From NCBI GenBank assembly GCA_002269645.1, contig NIVC01000177.1, forward strand, positions 398,810 through 462,809: 64,000 bases of DNA, read 5' to 3'. Within the stretch, counting starts at the first letter, position 1; each line of letters begins with the position of its first letter. The stretch is from Macrostomum lignano. Its lineage: Eukaryota. Under the pieces are notes generated by a model, which was not told the DNA's origin, did not search any database, and was given only the letters and a program-made list of their open reading frames with translations. Position numbers and translations under genes: made by a program. This document shows, one piece after another, positions 11,311 to 23,128 of the stretch.

Positions 11311-13384
11311 TGTAGTTTCCATATGCGTGTAGCTATTAAGTACTACTCAAGTGGAGGGACGGGAAACTACGTTTCTTGGAAAATTTTAGGGGGCACCGAA
11401 AGCTTTGTGAAAATCAATATACTGCATGTAGAGCTATATTTAAAAGATATATAAGCCGTATCAAAAGATGAGCATTTGGATCCTTGCTTTTCTATCAAAA
11501 GCAAGAACAACTTTTGTGCTGAAAAACTGAAAACCTCTAGCTATGTATTTTATTCTTTGTGTACTATGTATTTTATTCTTTGTGTACTATGTATTTTATT
11601 TTATTCGTAATGTATTTTTTGGTAGAACCCTGCTTCCTAAAATTTTCCAAGAAACGTAGTTTCCGACTTACTTGATCGTACGTTCTTGGTATTATTGCAT
11701 GTTAATTTAATGTCCTGTAGTATATACTTAGATCGTAACATGTTTATAATACTTGTTAAAAATTTGTGCTTTAATTATCATCACTATGATAATGCATGTG
11801 CTTCCTCATATATAAGGGGTGAGGATAAAAATTCTCAATGCTACAAAGAATATACTGAGGTAAATATATAACGTCACTTAAGTAGTCTGTTAATCCGCCG
11901 AGCTTAATATTTAGTAACATCCATGTAGAAACAAATTTTGTAGGAGTAATTGCATCCAAAAAACATAATATAAAATGTTTAGATACCCTTATATAGACAG
12001 CGAACTCAGGCTACAGAAGAACAACAATTTGTTTCTATACAAAAAGATGGGGGTAATGGTTCGCCCCACTTTGGGTCTTCAGGGTTCTTTTCCATCTTTT
12101 TGCTGAGTTTATAATGCAAAACAAGTAATAACAAGAAATTATCGCCAATAAAACTCGCCTTGGAAGCTTTTTGCTAGAGTTTAGTTATACCACGTGGAAA
12201 AGAGCCACGGTAATAATTTGAAATTAGGCGTTTTCAGAGAAAGACAGAAAATCGAAAACAGATCGATATCTTTTCATAGAAGGAAAACACTGTATAAATG
12301 CTTTTGAATTAACGAGACTTGTTGTTGTTCCTCTAAAATCTTTTGGCAGTTTGGAAGTTCGCGAGTTTTACTCCACAGAAATGTGACGTTCGCACTTTTG
12401 GCCTAGGCCAAGATACTTTCAGTTTTCTATCTTTAAGATGTCGAATATTTTGAATTTGCTAAACCAAAGAACAATTGCTTTGGCTAGCTTAGGGGCATGC
12501 GCTACAATTGCAGCTTACTGCATATACTCGAGAAAGTCTTGGTCTATAAGCAGAATTCAAGGTACGTAATAATTCATTAAGGCGTGCTTGAAAGATTGAC
12601 TATATTGAAATATTAGCTATTGTTTTAAATAGAGTATTTCCTATGTTTTGCTTTCTATCTAAATAGTCTTCTGGTTTTATATAGCTAATTTATAACTTTA
12701 AGCAGTTCCATTTAAATAAGAATCAAGTCAACTACAATGTTCATCGGCTTATTTTGCATTCAGTTCAATAGAGAGATATGGAACTTTATCAAATCCTATT
12801 TAATACTAGAATCAAAAGAGTAAATAATATTTTAAACGTTTTAGTTTTTTGGAATTTAATTTGAGTAAAACTTAAAATAAAGCACAAAATACCAGAGCCC
12901 AAAACTTGCATTTTAGTTAATTTATATACTTTTAAGAAACATAATATATGTTTAAGGAATTTAGTCATCCATAGGGTCTATTGTTAATTTTTTAATTAAA
13001 GCACAGTGGCACTGCAGTTATATTATATTATTATGTATATACGAGTATTAAAAACTAACTGATTATAAATGAAATAATTATATAAAGGAAATATTTATTT
13101 TATAAATAATAATTTAATATCGAAGTAAGTATAACTTTCAAACAAAATATGAAAGACTCCATCATTCATAAATTTCTTAAAGTTGATTTTGCTGCTATCA
13201 ATGTATAAGACAGGCAATTTATATTCTCATGGTTCCTTTGCCATTATATAAATCCAATGGCACAGCAGAAAGAATATACCTTTTGAATAAATATTTAAAT
13301 TCATTTATACTGTCAGAGTCTTGAAGAAGTTAAGCAATGTCATTCGTGGTTCAGTGATGTGTGAAGACGTGAAGCACCAGGGAT

Positions 13385-13742
13385 TGGCTTTAGCATCAGG
13401 TTCTTTAGCACCAGGGGCGCCAGCACCAGGGGCGCCAGCACCAGGGGCGCCAGCACCAGGGGCGCCAGCACCAGGGGCGCCAGCACCAGGGGCTTTAGAA
13501 CCAGGGGCGCCAGAACCAGTGTCTTTAGAACCAGTGTCTTTAGAACCAGGTTCTTTAGAACCAGGGGCTTTAGAACCAGTGTCTTTAGAACGAGAGGCTT
13601 TCGAACCAGGGGCTTTAGAACCAGTGTCTTTAGAACCAGGGGCTTTAGAACCAGTGTCTTTAGAACCAGGTTCTTTAGAACCAGGGGCTTTAGAACCAGT
13701 GTCTTTAGAACCAGAACCTTTAGAACCTTTAGAAGGCTTTAG
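13385..13742. repeat. 15-bp minisatellite, about 23 units of several variants
   Basis: Units CCAGGGGCGCCAGCA / CCAGGGGCTTTAGAA / CCAGTGTCTTTAGAA / CCAGGTTCTTTAGAA. It abuts a truncated SINE. Confidence 0.92.
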
Positions 13743-13980
13743 AACGCGGATGCGTACGCAGTCATACGCACAGGCACACACTCACACAGGAGTGTACAGC
13801 GGCCTTAACTTTATTTATCGTTAGGCATGTACACATCTTCACTTGGCCCTCAATGGCGTTAACTGCACCGTTAACTGCAATCTCAGAGCCAAGCTGAGAT
13901 TCAAATTTAGCCCTAAATTATGTGACTGCGTTTGGAATCGAGCCTGGGCCGCTGGCACAGAGCCGTATACAGAGGGCTAC
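13742..13980 (-). mobile_element. tRNA-derived SINE, 3'-truncated copy
   Basis: Shares the body (GCACACACTCACACAGGAGTGTACAGC...TTAGGCATGTACAC...AGAGCCAAGC...GGAATCGAGCCTGGG) with 16421-16782 and 60495-60810. B-box GGCTCGATTCC on the - strand. Confidence 0.8.
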
Positions 13981-14589
13981 TTACAGAGAATATGCCTTAC
14001 AAATTTATTCGAAATTATGTTTTGGAAATGGCGAGGCCTGAGACCCTTCAGACTAATGAAATCTTCCATCTTATAGCAAAGACCCGCGTCAGTCGGCTTC
14101 ACTGACTCGTCTAATAAGGACAGGAGCCGGGAAAATCATTTTCTTTTTTGTGTCTCCAACGGCTCCTTCTGCTGATCCGCGCCTTTGTGTGTGCAGGCAT
14201 TGAGAGATTCTCTTTGCCTGATTGTTTCCTGTCAACAGCGAGACTGACCGGCAATAATAATTCTATCTTCACTACTCAGGAAATGAGAAACCCGAAAGGC
14301 AGAAGAATCTCTTTGAATAGGGGCAGGCTGATATGATCAATAAATAGATATTCGAAACGTGATACAGCTAATGAGAATTTAGTTTTATTTGCAATATACC
14401 ATTCATACTACTTTACACGTAAGTAGTTATAAGTAGATATTGTATTAATTTGCGTGGTAAAGTTACGAGCACTTTATGTTGTATAGTTCAGGAATGATTT
14501 CGATGCTTTATATCGGCATGAATATTCGGAATTCACTGACAACAAATTTTTAAGTTTATAGAAGGATAGCGCATTTTGCAGACACCACT

Positions 14590-14835
14590 TGAACAACAGG
14601 GATGCCACCTGTTCAAAAGGGATGTCACCTGTTCATTAGGGATGTCACCTGTTCAACAGGGATGCCACCTGTTCAACAGGGATGCCACCTGTTCAACAGG
14701 GATGCCACCTGTTCAACAGGGATGTCACCTGTTCAACAGGGATGCCACCTGTTCAACAGGGATGTCACCTGTTCAATAGAAAGGGATGTCACCTGTTCAA
14801 CAGGGATGTCACCTGTTCAACAGGGATGCCACCTG
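14590..14835. repeat. 20-bp minisatellite, about 12 units, immediately 3' of the GluCl-like stop codon
   Basis: Unit CCTGTTCAACAGGGATG(C/T)CA containing the quasi-palindrome CCTGTT-C-AACAGG. Confidence 0.93.
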
Positions 14836-14857
14836 CTCAATGTCAAATGTTCAGCAG

Positions 14858-17800
14858 CTAGGCGCCACCTCCACAATGGTCCCTCCCCCTAGTGTAGTAG
14901 GCCCAGTAGACAGCTTGGAACAGCGCATAAACTGTGGGAAAAATGAACCGACTCCAATAATCCAAACTTCGAGGCGTCCAACAGTTGCGGCGTTGACCTT
15001 CTTCTGGTTCAAGTCGATTTTCTGGCGACTGGCCCATTTCCAGAGCGACTGCAGCTTCTTCATTGAATTTGTTGCCGAGTTCCACCGGGGAATTCTGGGC
15101 TTCTGTCGCGTTCCTGTCTGCAGTGTTAGATACGAGTTTCAGAGCTGTTAGATACAAGTGTCGGAGCTGTTAGATTCGAGTATCGGAGCTGTTAGATTCG
15201 AGTATCGGAGCTGTTAGATTCGAGTATCGGAGCTGTTAGATACAAGTGTCGGAGTTGTTAGATTCGAGTATCGGAGCTGTTAGATTCGACTGTCGGAGCT
15301 GTTAGATTCGAGTATCGGAGCTGTTAGATTCGAGTATCGGAGCTGTTAGATACAATTGTCATAGCTGTTAGATACAAGTTTCAGAGCTGTTAGATACGAG
15401 TGTCGGAGCTGTTAGATTCGAGTATCGGAGCTGTTAGATTCGAGTATCGGAGCTGTTAGATTCGAGTATCGGAGCTGTTAGATACGAGTGTTGGAGCTGT
15501 TAGATACGATAGTCATAGCTGTTAGATACAAGTTTCAGAGCTGTTAGATATGAGTGTCGGACCTGTTAGATATGAGTGTCGGACCTGTTAGATATGAGTG
15601 TCGGAGCTGTTAGATACGAGTGTCGGAGCTGTTAAATACGAGTGTCGGACCTGTTAGATATGAGTGTCGGAGCTGTTAGATACGAGTGTCGGACCTGCTA
15701 GATATGAGTGTCGGACCTGTTAGATATGAGTGTCGGACCTGTTAGATATGAGTGTCGGAGCTGTTAGATACGAGTGTCGGACCTGTTAGATATGAGTGTC
15801 GGAGCTGTTAGATATGAGTGTCGGACCTGTTAGATACGAGTGTCGGAGCTGTTAGATATGAGTGTCGGAGCTGTTAGGTACGAGCGTCAGCTATCAGACA
15901 GTTATGTCAGCCGCACCCACCTCCTTGTCTCGGACGCCGCCTACTGAACCGGCCGCCGTCCAGTCCCGGCTTGTCGCGCTGCCTGGCCAAGAAGCTGGCT
16001 GCGGCAAACTCCAACAGAGCGGCGATGACGAACATGAGGCTGGCCATCATGAACAGGTCGATGGCCTTGGCGTAGCTCACTCTGGGCATGCCGGTCATCT
16101 GGGCGCCGGCGTTCTGCGTGACCACGGCCAGCACAGTCAGGAAGGATATGGTCACCCGGGCTGGGGTGGCCCTGGCATCGATCCAGAATCCAGCCCAGCT
16201 GATGCACACCATTAGGGTGAACGGGGCGTAGGTGTTCATCAGGTAGAAACCGAATGATCGGCGCATGCGGATGTTCGCCTGCGGGCCGAAAGAATGTTCG
16301 TGTCCTGTTAGATAGGCTACTGTTTGTTAGATAATGTAGCCGTTACTACCAATTATTAGATATTATTATGGGCCTATTTTTATCAATGGCGTTCCTGTTC
16401 GATGTTTGGCTCTTCCTGTTTTTTTTTTTTTGAAGCAGGGGGGTTGTGTGCACCCTGGCGCACTTTAAGCGACATAGGCACACAACCGGCGAGAGGCATT
16501 ACTGCCCATTCCGCCGACTCCCCTGAGCAGGCATACAAGCGCGCGGATACGTACGCAGGCACACACTCACACAGGAGTGTACAGCGGCCCTAACTTTATA
16601 TTATCGTTAGGCATGTACACTTCACTGCGCCTTGGGGCGTTGGCTCTCAAGGCCGTTAATTGCACGAGCAGAGCCAAGCCGAGATTCCAATTCAGCCCCA
16701 AATTAATGTGACTGCACTTGGAATCGAGCCTGGGTCGCTGGCACACCAGAGCAGCTGCGCTATCGCTGGGCTACGGCCCCCCTGGCTCTTCCTGTTAGAT
16801 ATATGGGTGTTCCTGCTAGGTATGCGGGTGTTCCTATTACGTATGCAGATGTTCCTGTTAGATCATAGTCTGCTCCTGTTAGACATGCGGGTTATCCTGT
16901 TAGACATGCGGGTTTCCTGTTAGATATTTGACAGTTTCTGTTAGACCAGGGCCTCTTCCTGTTAGATATGTGGGTTTCCTGATATTCGCTTGTTCCTGTT
17001 AGATATTTGGGGCTGTTCCTGTTAGATATTCGGCTGTTCCTGTTAGACCAGAGCCTATTCGTGTTATCTCATAACTCACCCATAAAATACAATGGATCTG
17101 TAACACGTTAGATATGCATGCAATTCGGGACAGTCAGAAGCTTAGTTTATATTTTCACTTCGAAAAAATCTTTTTACGTCTCAAATGTCGTCCTTTCTAC
17201 TTACAGTAATAAAACTGATAATTAATTATTTAGCAACATTAAAACCCCACAGCTTCCATCTTGATTTGAAGTTTCCCGTTCCTTAAAGGCAGCTATGTAC
17301 ATTTATGTACATAGTACACTATGTAACTATACGAATGTACATTTATGCTATTACAGTGATTTCTCCAGGGACTCGACTCTGCTGCTCAGCTGATCATAAT
17401 AAAATTCGAATCTTAGACCAACCCTGAGACAAGCGAATTCCCCAGTGACTGAGAAACTCTTAGTGCAGTTTTTCACTGAGATGCTCGGCTCGGAGAACTC
17501 GGGTATCTGCATGGCGTCCTCCTCAAGGGTGACATTCGTGGTGAACCAGTGGAATCGAACTTCGTTCACCGAACTGCCGTAGGCTCCCATCTCTATACGG
17601 CAGGTCTGACAGTCCAAGGGGAAGTCGCGAAGGTCCATCATGCACCACAGGCGTACTTTCAGCTTCTGGAATTGGATAGGGTGGGGTGGATTCTGTCATT
17701 GCCTCCCCATCTCCTCTCCCCATCTCTCCCCATCTCCTCTCCCCATCTCCTCTCCCCATCTCCTCTCCCCATCTTCTCTCCCCATCTCCTCTCCATCTCC

Positions 17801-20800
17801 TCGCCATCTCCTCTCCATCTCCTCTCCCATCTCCTCTCCATCTCCTCTCCCCATCTCCTCTCCATCTCCTCTCCCCATCTCCTCTCCATCTTCTCTCCCC
17901 ATCTCCTCTCCATCTCCTCTCCCCATCTCCTCTCCATCTCCTCTCCCCATCTCCTCTCCCCATCTCCTCTCCCCATTTCCTCTCCATCTCCTCTCCATCT
18001 CCTCTCCATCTCCTCTCCATCTCCTCTCCATCTCCTCTCCCCATCTCCTCTCCATCTCCTCTCCCCATCTCCTCTCCCCATCTCCTCTCCCCATTTCCTC
18101 TCCATCTCCTCTCCATCTCCTCTCCATCTCCTCTCCATCTCCTCTCCCCATCTCCTCTCCCCATTTCCTCTCCATCTCCTCTCCATCTCCTCTCCATCTC
18201 CTCTCCATCTCCTCTCCATCTCCTCTCCCCATCTCCTCTCCATCTCCTCTCCCCATCTCCTCTCCCCATCTCCTCTCCCCATCTCCTCTCCCCATTTCCT
18301 CTCCATCTCCTCTCCATCTCCTCTCCATCTCCTCTCCATCTCCTCTCCCCATCTCCTCTCCCCATCTCCTCTCCCCATCTCCTCTCCCCATTTCCTCTCC
18401 ATCTCCTCTCCATCTCCTCTCCATCTCCTCTCCCCATCTCCTCTCCATCTCCTCTCCCCATCTCCTCTCCCCATTTCCTCTCCATCTCCTCTCCATCTCC
18501 TCTCCATCTCCTCTCCCCATCTCCTCTCCCCATCTCCTCTCCCCATCTCCTCTCCCCATCTCCTCTCCCCATTTCCTCTCCATCTCCTCTCCATCTCCTC
18601 TCCATCTCCTCTCCCCATCTCCTCTCCCCATCTCCTCTCCCCATTTCCTCTCCATCTCCTCTCCATCTCCTCTCCATCTCCTCTCCCCATCTCCTCTCCC
18701 CATCTCCTCTCCCCATTTCCTCTCCATCTCCTCTCCATCTCCTCTCCATCTCCTCTCCCCATCTCCTCTCCCCATCTCCTCTCCATCTCCTCTCCCCATC
18801 TCCTCTCCCCATCTCCTCTCCCCATTTCCTCTCCATCTCCTCTCCATCTCCTCTCCATCTCCTCTCCCCATCTCCTCTCCCCATCTCCTCTCCCCATCTC
18901 CTCTCCCCATCTCCTCTCCCCATTTCCTCTCCATCTCCTCTCCATCTCCTCTCCATCTCCTCTCCATCTCCTCTCCATCTCCTCTCCCCATCTCCTCTCC
19001 ATCTTCTCTCCCCATCTCCTCTCCATCTCCTCTCCCCATCTCCTCTCCATCTCCTCTCCCATCTCCTCTCCCCATCTCCTCTCCCCATTTCCTCTCCATC
19101 TCCTCTCCATCTCCTCTCCATCTCCTCTCCCCATCTCCTCTCCATCTCCTCTCTCCATCTCCTCTCCCCATCTCCTCTCCATCTCCTCTCCCCATCTCCT
19201 CTCCCCATCTCCTCTCCCCATCTCCTCTCCCCATTTCCTCTCCATCTCCTCTCCATCTCCTCTCCATCTCCTCTCCATCTCCTCTCCCCATCTCCTCTCC
19301 CATCTCCTCTCCCCATCTCCTCTCCCCATTTCCTCTCCATCTCCTCTCCATCTCCTCTCCATCTCCTCTCCCCATCTCCTCTCCATCTCCTCTCCCCATC
19401 TCCTCTCCCCATCTCCTCTCCCCATTTCCTCTCCATCTCCTCTCCATCTCCTCTCCATCTCCTCTCCCCATCTCCTCTCCCCATCTCCTCTCCCCATCTC
19501 CTCTCCCCATCTCCTCTCCCCATTTCCTCTCCATCTCCTCTCCATCTCCTCTCCATCTCCTCTCCCCATCTCCTCTCCATCTCCTCTCCCCATCTCCTCT
19601 CCCCATCTCCTCTCCCCATTTCCTCTCCATTTCCTCTCCATCTCCTCTCCATCTCCTCTCCCCATCTCCTCTCCCCATCTCCTCTCCCCATCTCCTCTCC
19701 CCATTTCCTCTCCATCTCCTCTCCATCTCCTCTCCATCTCCTCTCCATCTCCTCTCCATCTCCTCTCCATCTCCTCTCCCCATCTCCTCTCCATCTTCTC
19801 TCCCCATCTCCTCTCCATCTCCTCTCCCCATCTCCTCTCCATCTCCTCTCCCCATCTCCTCTCCCCATCTCCTCTCCCCATTTCCTCTCCATCTCCTCTC
19901 CATCTCCTCTCCATCTCCTCTCCCCATCTCCTCTCCATCTCCTCTCTCCATCTCCTCTCCCCATCTCCTCTCCATCTCCTCTCCCCATCTCCTCTCCATC
20001 TCCTCTCCATCTCCTCTCCATCTCCTCTCCATCTCCTCTCTCCATCTTCTCTCCCTATCTCCTCTCTCCATCTCCTCTCCCCATCTTCCCTCCCCATCTC
20101 CTCTCCCCATCTCCTCTCCCCATCTCCTCTCCCCATCTTCTCTCCCCATCTCCTCTCCTCATCTTCTCTCCCCATCTTCTCTCCCCATCTCCTCTCCTCA
20201 TCTTCTCTCCCCATCTCCTCTCCTCATCTTCTCTCCCCATCTCCTCTACATCTCTTCTCCGTTTATTTTCTCCTTCTCACCTCTTCCCCGCCCCTTTATC
20301 ATCTCCTATCCTATCTTCCCTATTTATCATTTTATCCTAAATCTCCAAAAAATTCTCATTTCCGCTCCCTCTTGTCTCTTCTTGTCCTCTCCTCTTTCGC
20401 CTGCCTCTTGCTTTACTAATACCGCACTTGTTTCTTGTTTCTTCCCTGTTTCGCTACTCTTTTGAAAAGAATTCATCGATGCATAACCGCCGAGACGGAG
20501 GCAGTTTTGTAAAGTTGGAACAAATTTTCTTTCTAAAGTATTATCTGGCTGCAAGACGTTATCTGCCTGGCTTTGAGTCACCCGTGCCTCAGCTGGCCCA
20601 GCATGCCGGCCTCGGCTATTAATTATTGAGCAAAATTGATGAAGCTGAGTGCACTTGAGCTTTACTAATGCTTTGGCGCTTCTCCCTGCCGTGCCTCTCT
20701 GTTTTTTGGCTGCTGGGCCCAGGCTGCTGTCACGCATGATTTACCTTGATGTGATCCATCTATTGTACATTCATTCATGACCTTATCCATATCCATGTCT

Positions 20801-22479
20801 ATTATTCATTTACACTCTGTGTGTCTATATCCTACTCTTCCTACCTTGCTATCTACCTACCTACCTACCTACCTACCTACCTACCTACCTACTTCCCTAC
20901 CTAACAAACTACCTATCTACCTACCTATCTGCCTACCAATACCTACCTACCTACCAACCTACCCTTCTCTACCTACCTACCTATACCTATCTACGTATCT
21001 CCCTGCCTACCTTACCTACTCTATCTGCCTACCAAGAAACCTTCACACCTACCTACTTTTCTATCTAGCAACCTACCTACTTACCTACCTATCTACCTAC
21101 TTATCTATCTACCTACCCACCCACTTGTGACTGTGGTACATCTGTTCACTATCTCGCTGCAAAGTTTCCTCAAGCCACGCAGCGAAATTTTTTTCTTTTT
21201 GCATTCCCTCTAACGAGCGGGAGCCCCAGTTTGTGTTTTTTCTTCATCCCGGATGCGACTAACTAGCGCCGTTGCTGACAGACTTTTCTCTTGTCCAGCA
21301 GCTAAATGAGATTGGGAATTTGATCCTACTGTGGGAGACAGGATCTGGCAGTGCTGAGACGGAAGCAGGCTGGGGCCCAGTGTGTGTTTTCTATCTTTCC
21401 TTTTTTTGCAATATTCTTCTTTCATTATCGGGAGAACTCTGTCTGTATTTCTTTGAGACGCAGGAAAACTCTGTTTATCCCATGATGGGATAGCTCCTCT
21501 CTCCTCGTGGTCTGCAATAACCGGCGCTCGCAAGCCTTACAAGTGAAATTTGGTTGATAATGGAAGGAGTGCAGCCTATAATGGAAAGTATGTTATGGCA
21601 AGAAGCCCTGAGAATGAGGAAGTTAATTCCAAGTTTTGAATGGCACAATTTCTGCTTTGTTGAGGTGTAAACTTTAGCAGTATTAGCGATGAGCTGAGCT
21701 CAGACCTGTGCAGAAAATAGGAAAGTATGAATTTTATAGCTCTTGAAATTCAACAACTCCCTTATTCGCCAGTGTACCAACTGCACTATTAGCCATGCAG
21801 TGTACCAACTGCACTATTAGCCAGTGTACCAACTGCACTATTAGCCAGTGTACCAACTGCACTATTAGCCAGTGTACCAACTGCACTATTAGCCAGTGTA
21901 CCAACTGCACTATTAGCCAGTGTAGCAACTGCACTATTAGCCAGTGTACCAACTGCACTATTAGCCAGTGTACCAACTAACTTAACCAACTAAATTAACG
22001 CATACCTGAGAAAAGTAGATCTTCCCCGAAGGCTGAAGCTTGACCAGAATATTTGGGACTGGGTCGGCGTGCTTCTCCACCTGTTTAGCATTGCGAAAGA
22101 AGATGTCCGGCAGCCATAGTTGATCTTTCATTGTGTGCAAACTGATTGCCGCGTCTGGCTTTGTGGATTTGTACACAAGACGCTGATCTTTCCAGATCAT
22201 TCTTAAATAAATATTAACGGTGAAGTCCATATTCTGTACGCTCATCGTGCTGAAGGACACGATGTGCAAGTTGACCATCACGTCAGTGCTGTGTCGCGTT
22301 GGCGGCCTGTGGTTCTTGTTGTACCGCTTTGGATCCAGCAGTTTGCTGACAAGTCGCTCTTCCAATATGCCTGCAGCTAGGGAGGTGTTTGAGTAGTTCT
22401 GACAGTCGGTTCCATCTGGACCCGAGGCGTTTACACCCTGGCTTAGTTTTAGTATTGTAAGAAGGAGCAGTAGCCACAT
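14858..22479 (-). CDS. Anion-selective Cys-loop channel, GluCl/glycine-receptor-like, 444 aa
   Basis: Exons 22479-22006, 17665-17423, 16278-15921 and 15117-14858 (phases 0, 0, 1; 1335 nt). Signal peptide; YNKNHRP; YLRMIWKDQRL; LWLPDIFF; Cys-loop CMMDLRDFPLDCQTC; loop-C disulfide CTKSFSVTGEFAC; PAR motif IDARATPARV; PRVSYAKAID; M4 LDYWSRFIFP. Confidence 0.92.
15123..15890. repeat. 22-bp minisatellite, about 34 units, filling intron 3
   Basis: Unit GGAGCTGTTAGAT(T/A)(C/T)GAGT(A/G)TC. On the sense (-) strand each unit contains TCTAACAG. Confidence 0.95.
16421..16782 (-). mobile_element. Full-length tRNA-derived SINE (about 360 bp) with poly(A) tail and 14-bp target-site duplication
   Basis: On the - strand the head is GGGGGGCCGTAGCCCAGCGA (A-box 16773-16763) and the B-box is GGCTCGATTCC (16730-16720). 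The A-tail is the T-run at 16419-16431. TSD TGGCTCTTCCTGTT at 16407-16420 and 16783-16796. Confidence 0.9.
16785..17060. repeat. Degenerate CCTGTTAGA(T/C)A-core repeat in intron 2 (also 16300-16340)
   Basis: More than 10 recurrences of TTCCTGTTAGA(T/C)A at roughly 21-bp spacing. Confidence 0.8.
17700..20260. repeat. About 2.5-kb polypyrimidine/polypurine satellite of mixed 11- and 13-bp units
   Basis: Units CCATCTCCTCT and CCCCATCTCCTCT (with a CATTTCC variant). It lies in intron 1 of the GluCl-like gene. Confidence 0.97.
20726..21120. repeat. Dispersed repeat followed by (TACC)n microsatellite; second copy at about 22707-23005
   Basis: CTGTCAC(G/A)CATGATTTACCTTG(A/G)TGTGATCCATC...ATGACCTTATCCATATCCATG occurs at both sites, each followed by a TACC array. 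Confidence 0.7.
21768..21977. repeat. 24-bp tandem repeat, about 8.7 units
   Basis: Unit GCCAGTGTACCAACTGCACTATTA, about 30 bp inside the donor end of GluCl-like intron 1. Confidence 0.95.
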
Positions 22480-22706
22480 CTCTGTAGAGTGCTTAACAAT
22501 GCGAGGTGATAGTAAGAAAAAAGTTTTATGATAAAGTTTCCAGATAAGAATTTATTTATTATAATCTATCTAGTCTGTAGTTGCGTTCCGATTGGCTGAT
22601 TGCCAACTTTTTGAGCGCGTATTTTGTCTACACTACTTGCAGTAGTTTTTTAATGCTATACATCAAAACCTTTCCCGTGTCTGTGCCCGAGCCTAGGGTA
22701 GCTCGT

Positions 22707-23005
22707 ACTGTCACACATGATTTACCTTGGTGTGATCCATCAACATGTATGACCTTATCCATATCCATGCCTATATTGATATGCACGATATGTATGTAAA
22801 CACATTGATATGTGTCTACATATATATCTTCATACTTGCATATCTATCTACCTACCTGTCTTACTTACCTATCAACCTACCTTCACACCTATCTACCTAC
22901 CTACATGTACCTACCTACCTACCTACCTACCTACCTACCTACCTACCTACCTACCTACCTACCTACCTACCTACCTATCTATTTACCTATCTATCTATCT
23001 ACCTA
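22707..23005. repeat. Second copy of the dispersed repeat plus (TACC)n
   Basis: See 20726-21120. Long perfect CTAC run at 22905-22975. Confidence 0.7.
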
Positions 23006-23128
23006 TTTTAGGATAAAAAATTACCTGCGAAGTTTTAACAAACTAAAAATATTTGAGACCGGGGATGTGACATCAAACTTGACAATCTCCTGAGAGCGTG
23101 ACCCATATTTCATACTGAACTCCCTCAG

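Noticed and set aside
16720-16782. Genuine tRNA gene
   Set aside because: No complete cloverleaf or acceptor stem. It is followed by a SINE body, A-tail and TSD.
17523-20465. 800-950-aa ORFs in all frames
   Set aside because: Artefact of a C/T-rich 11/13-bp satellite that cannot form stop codons.
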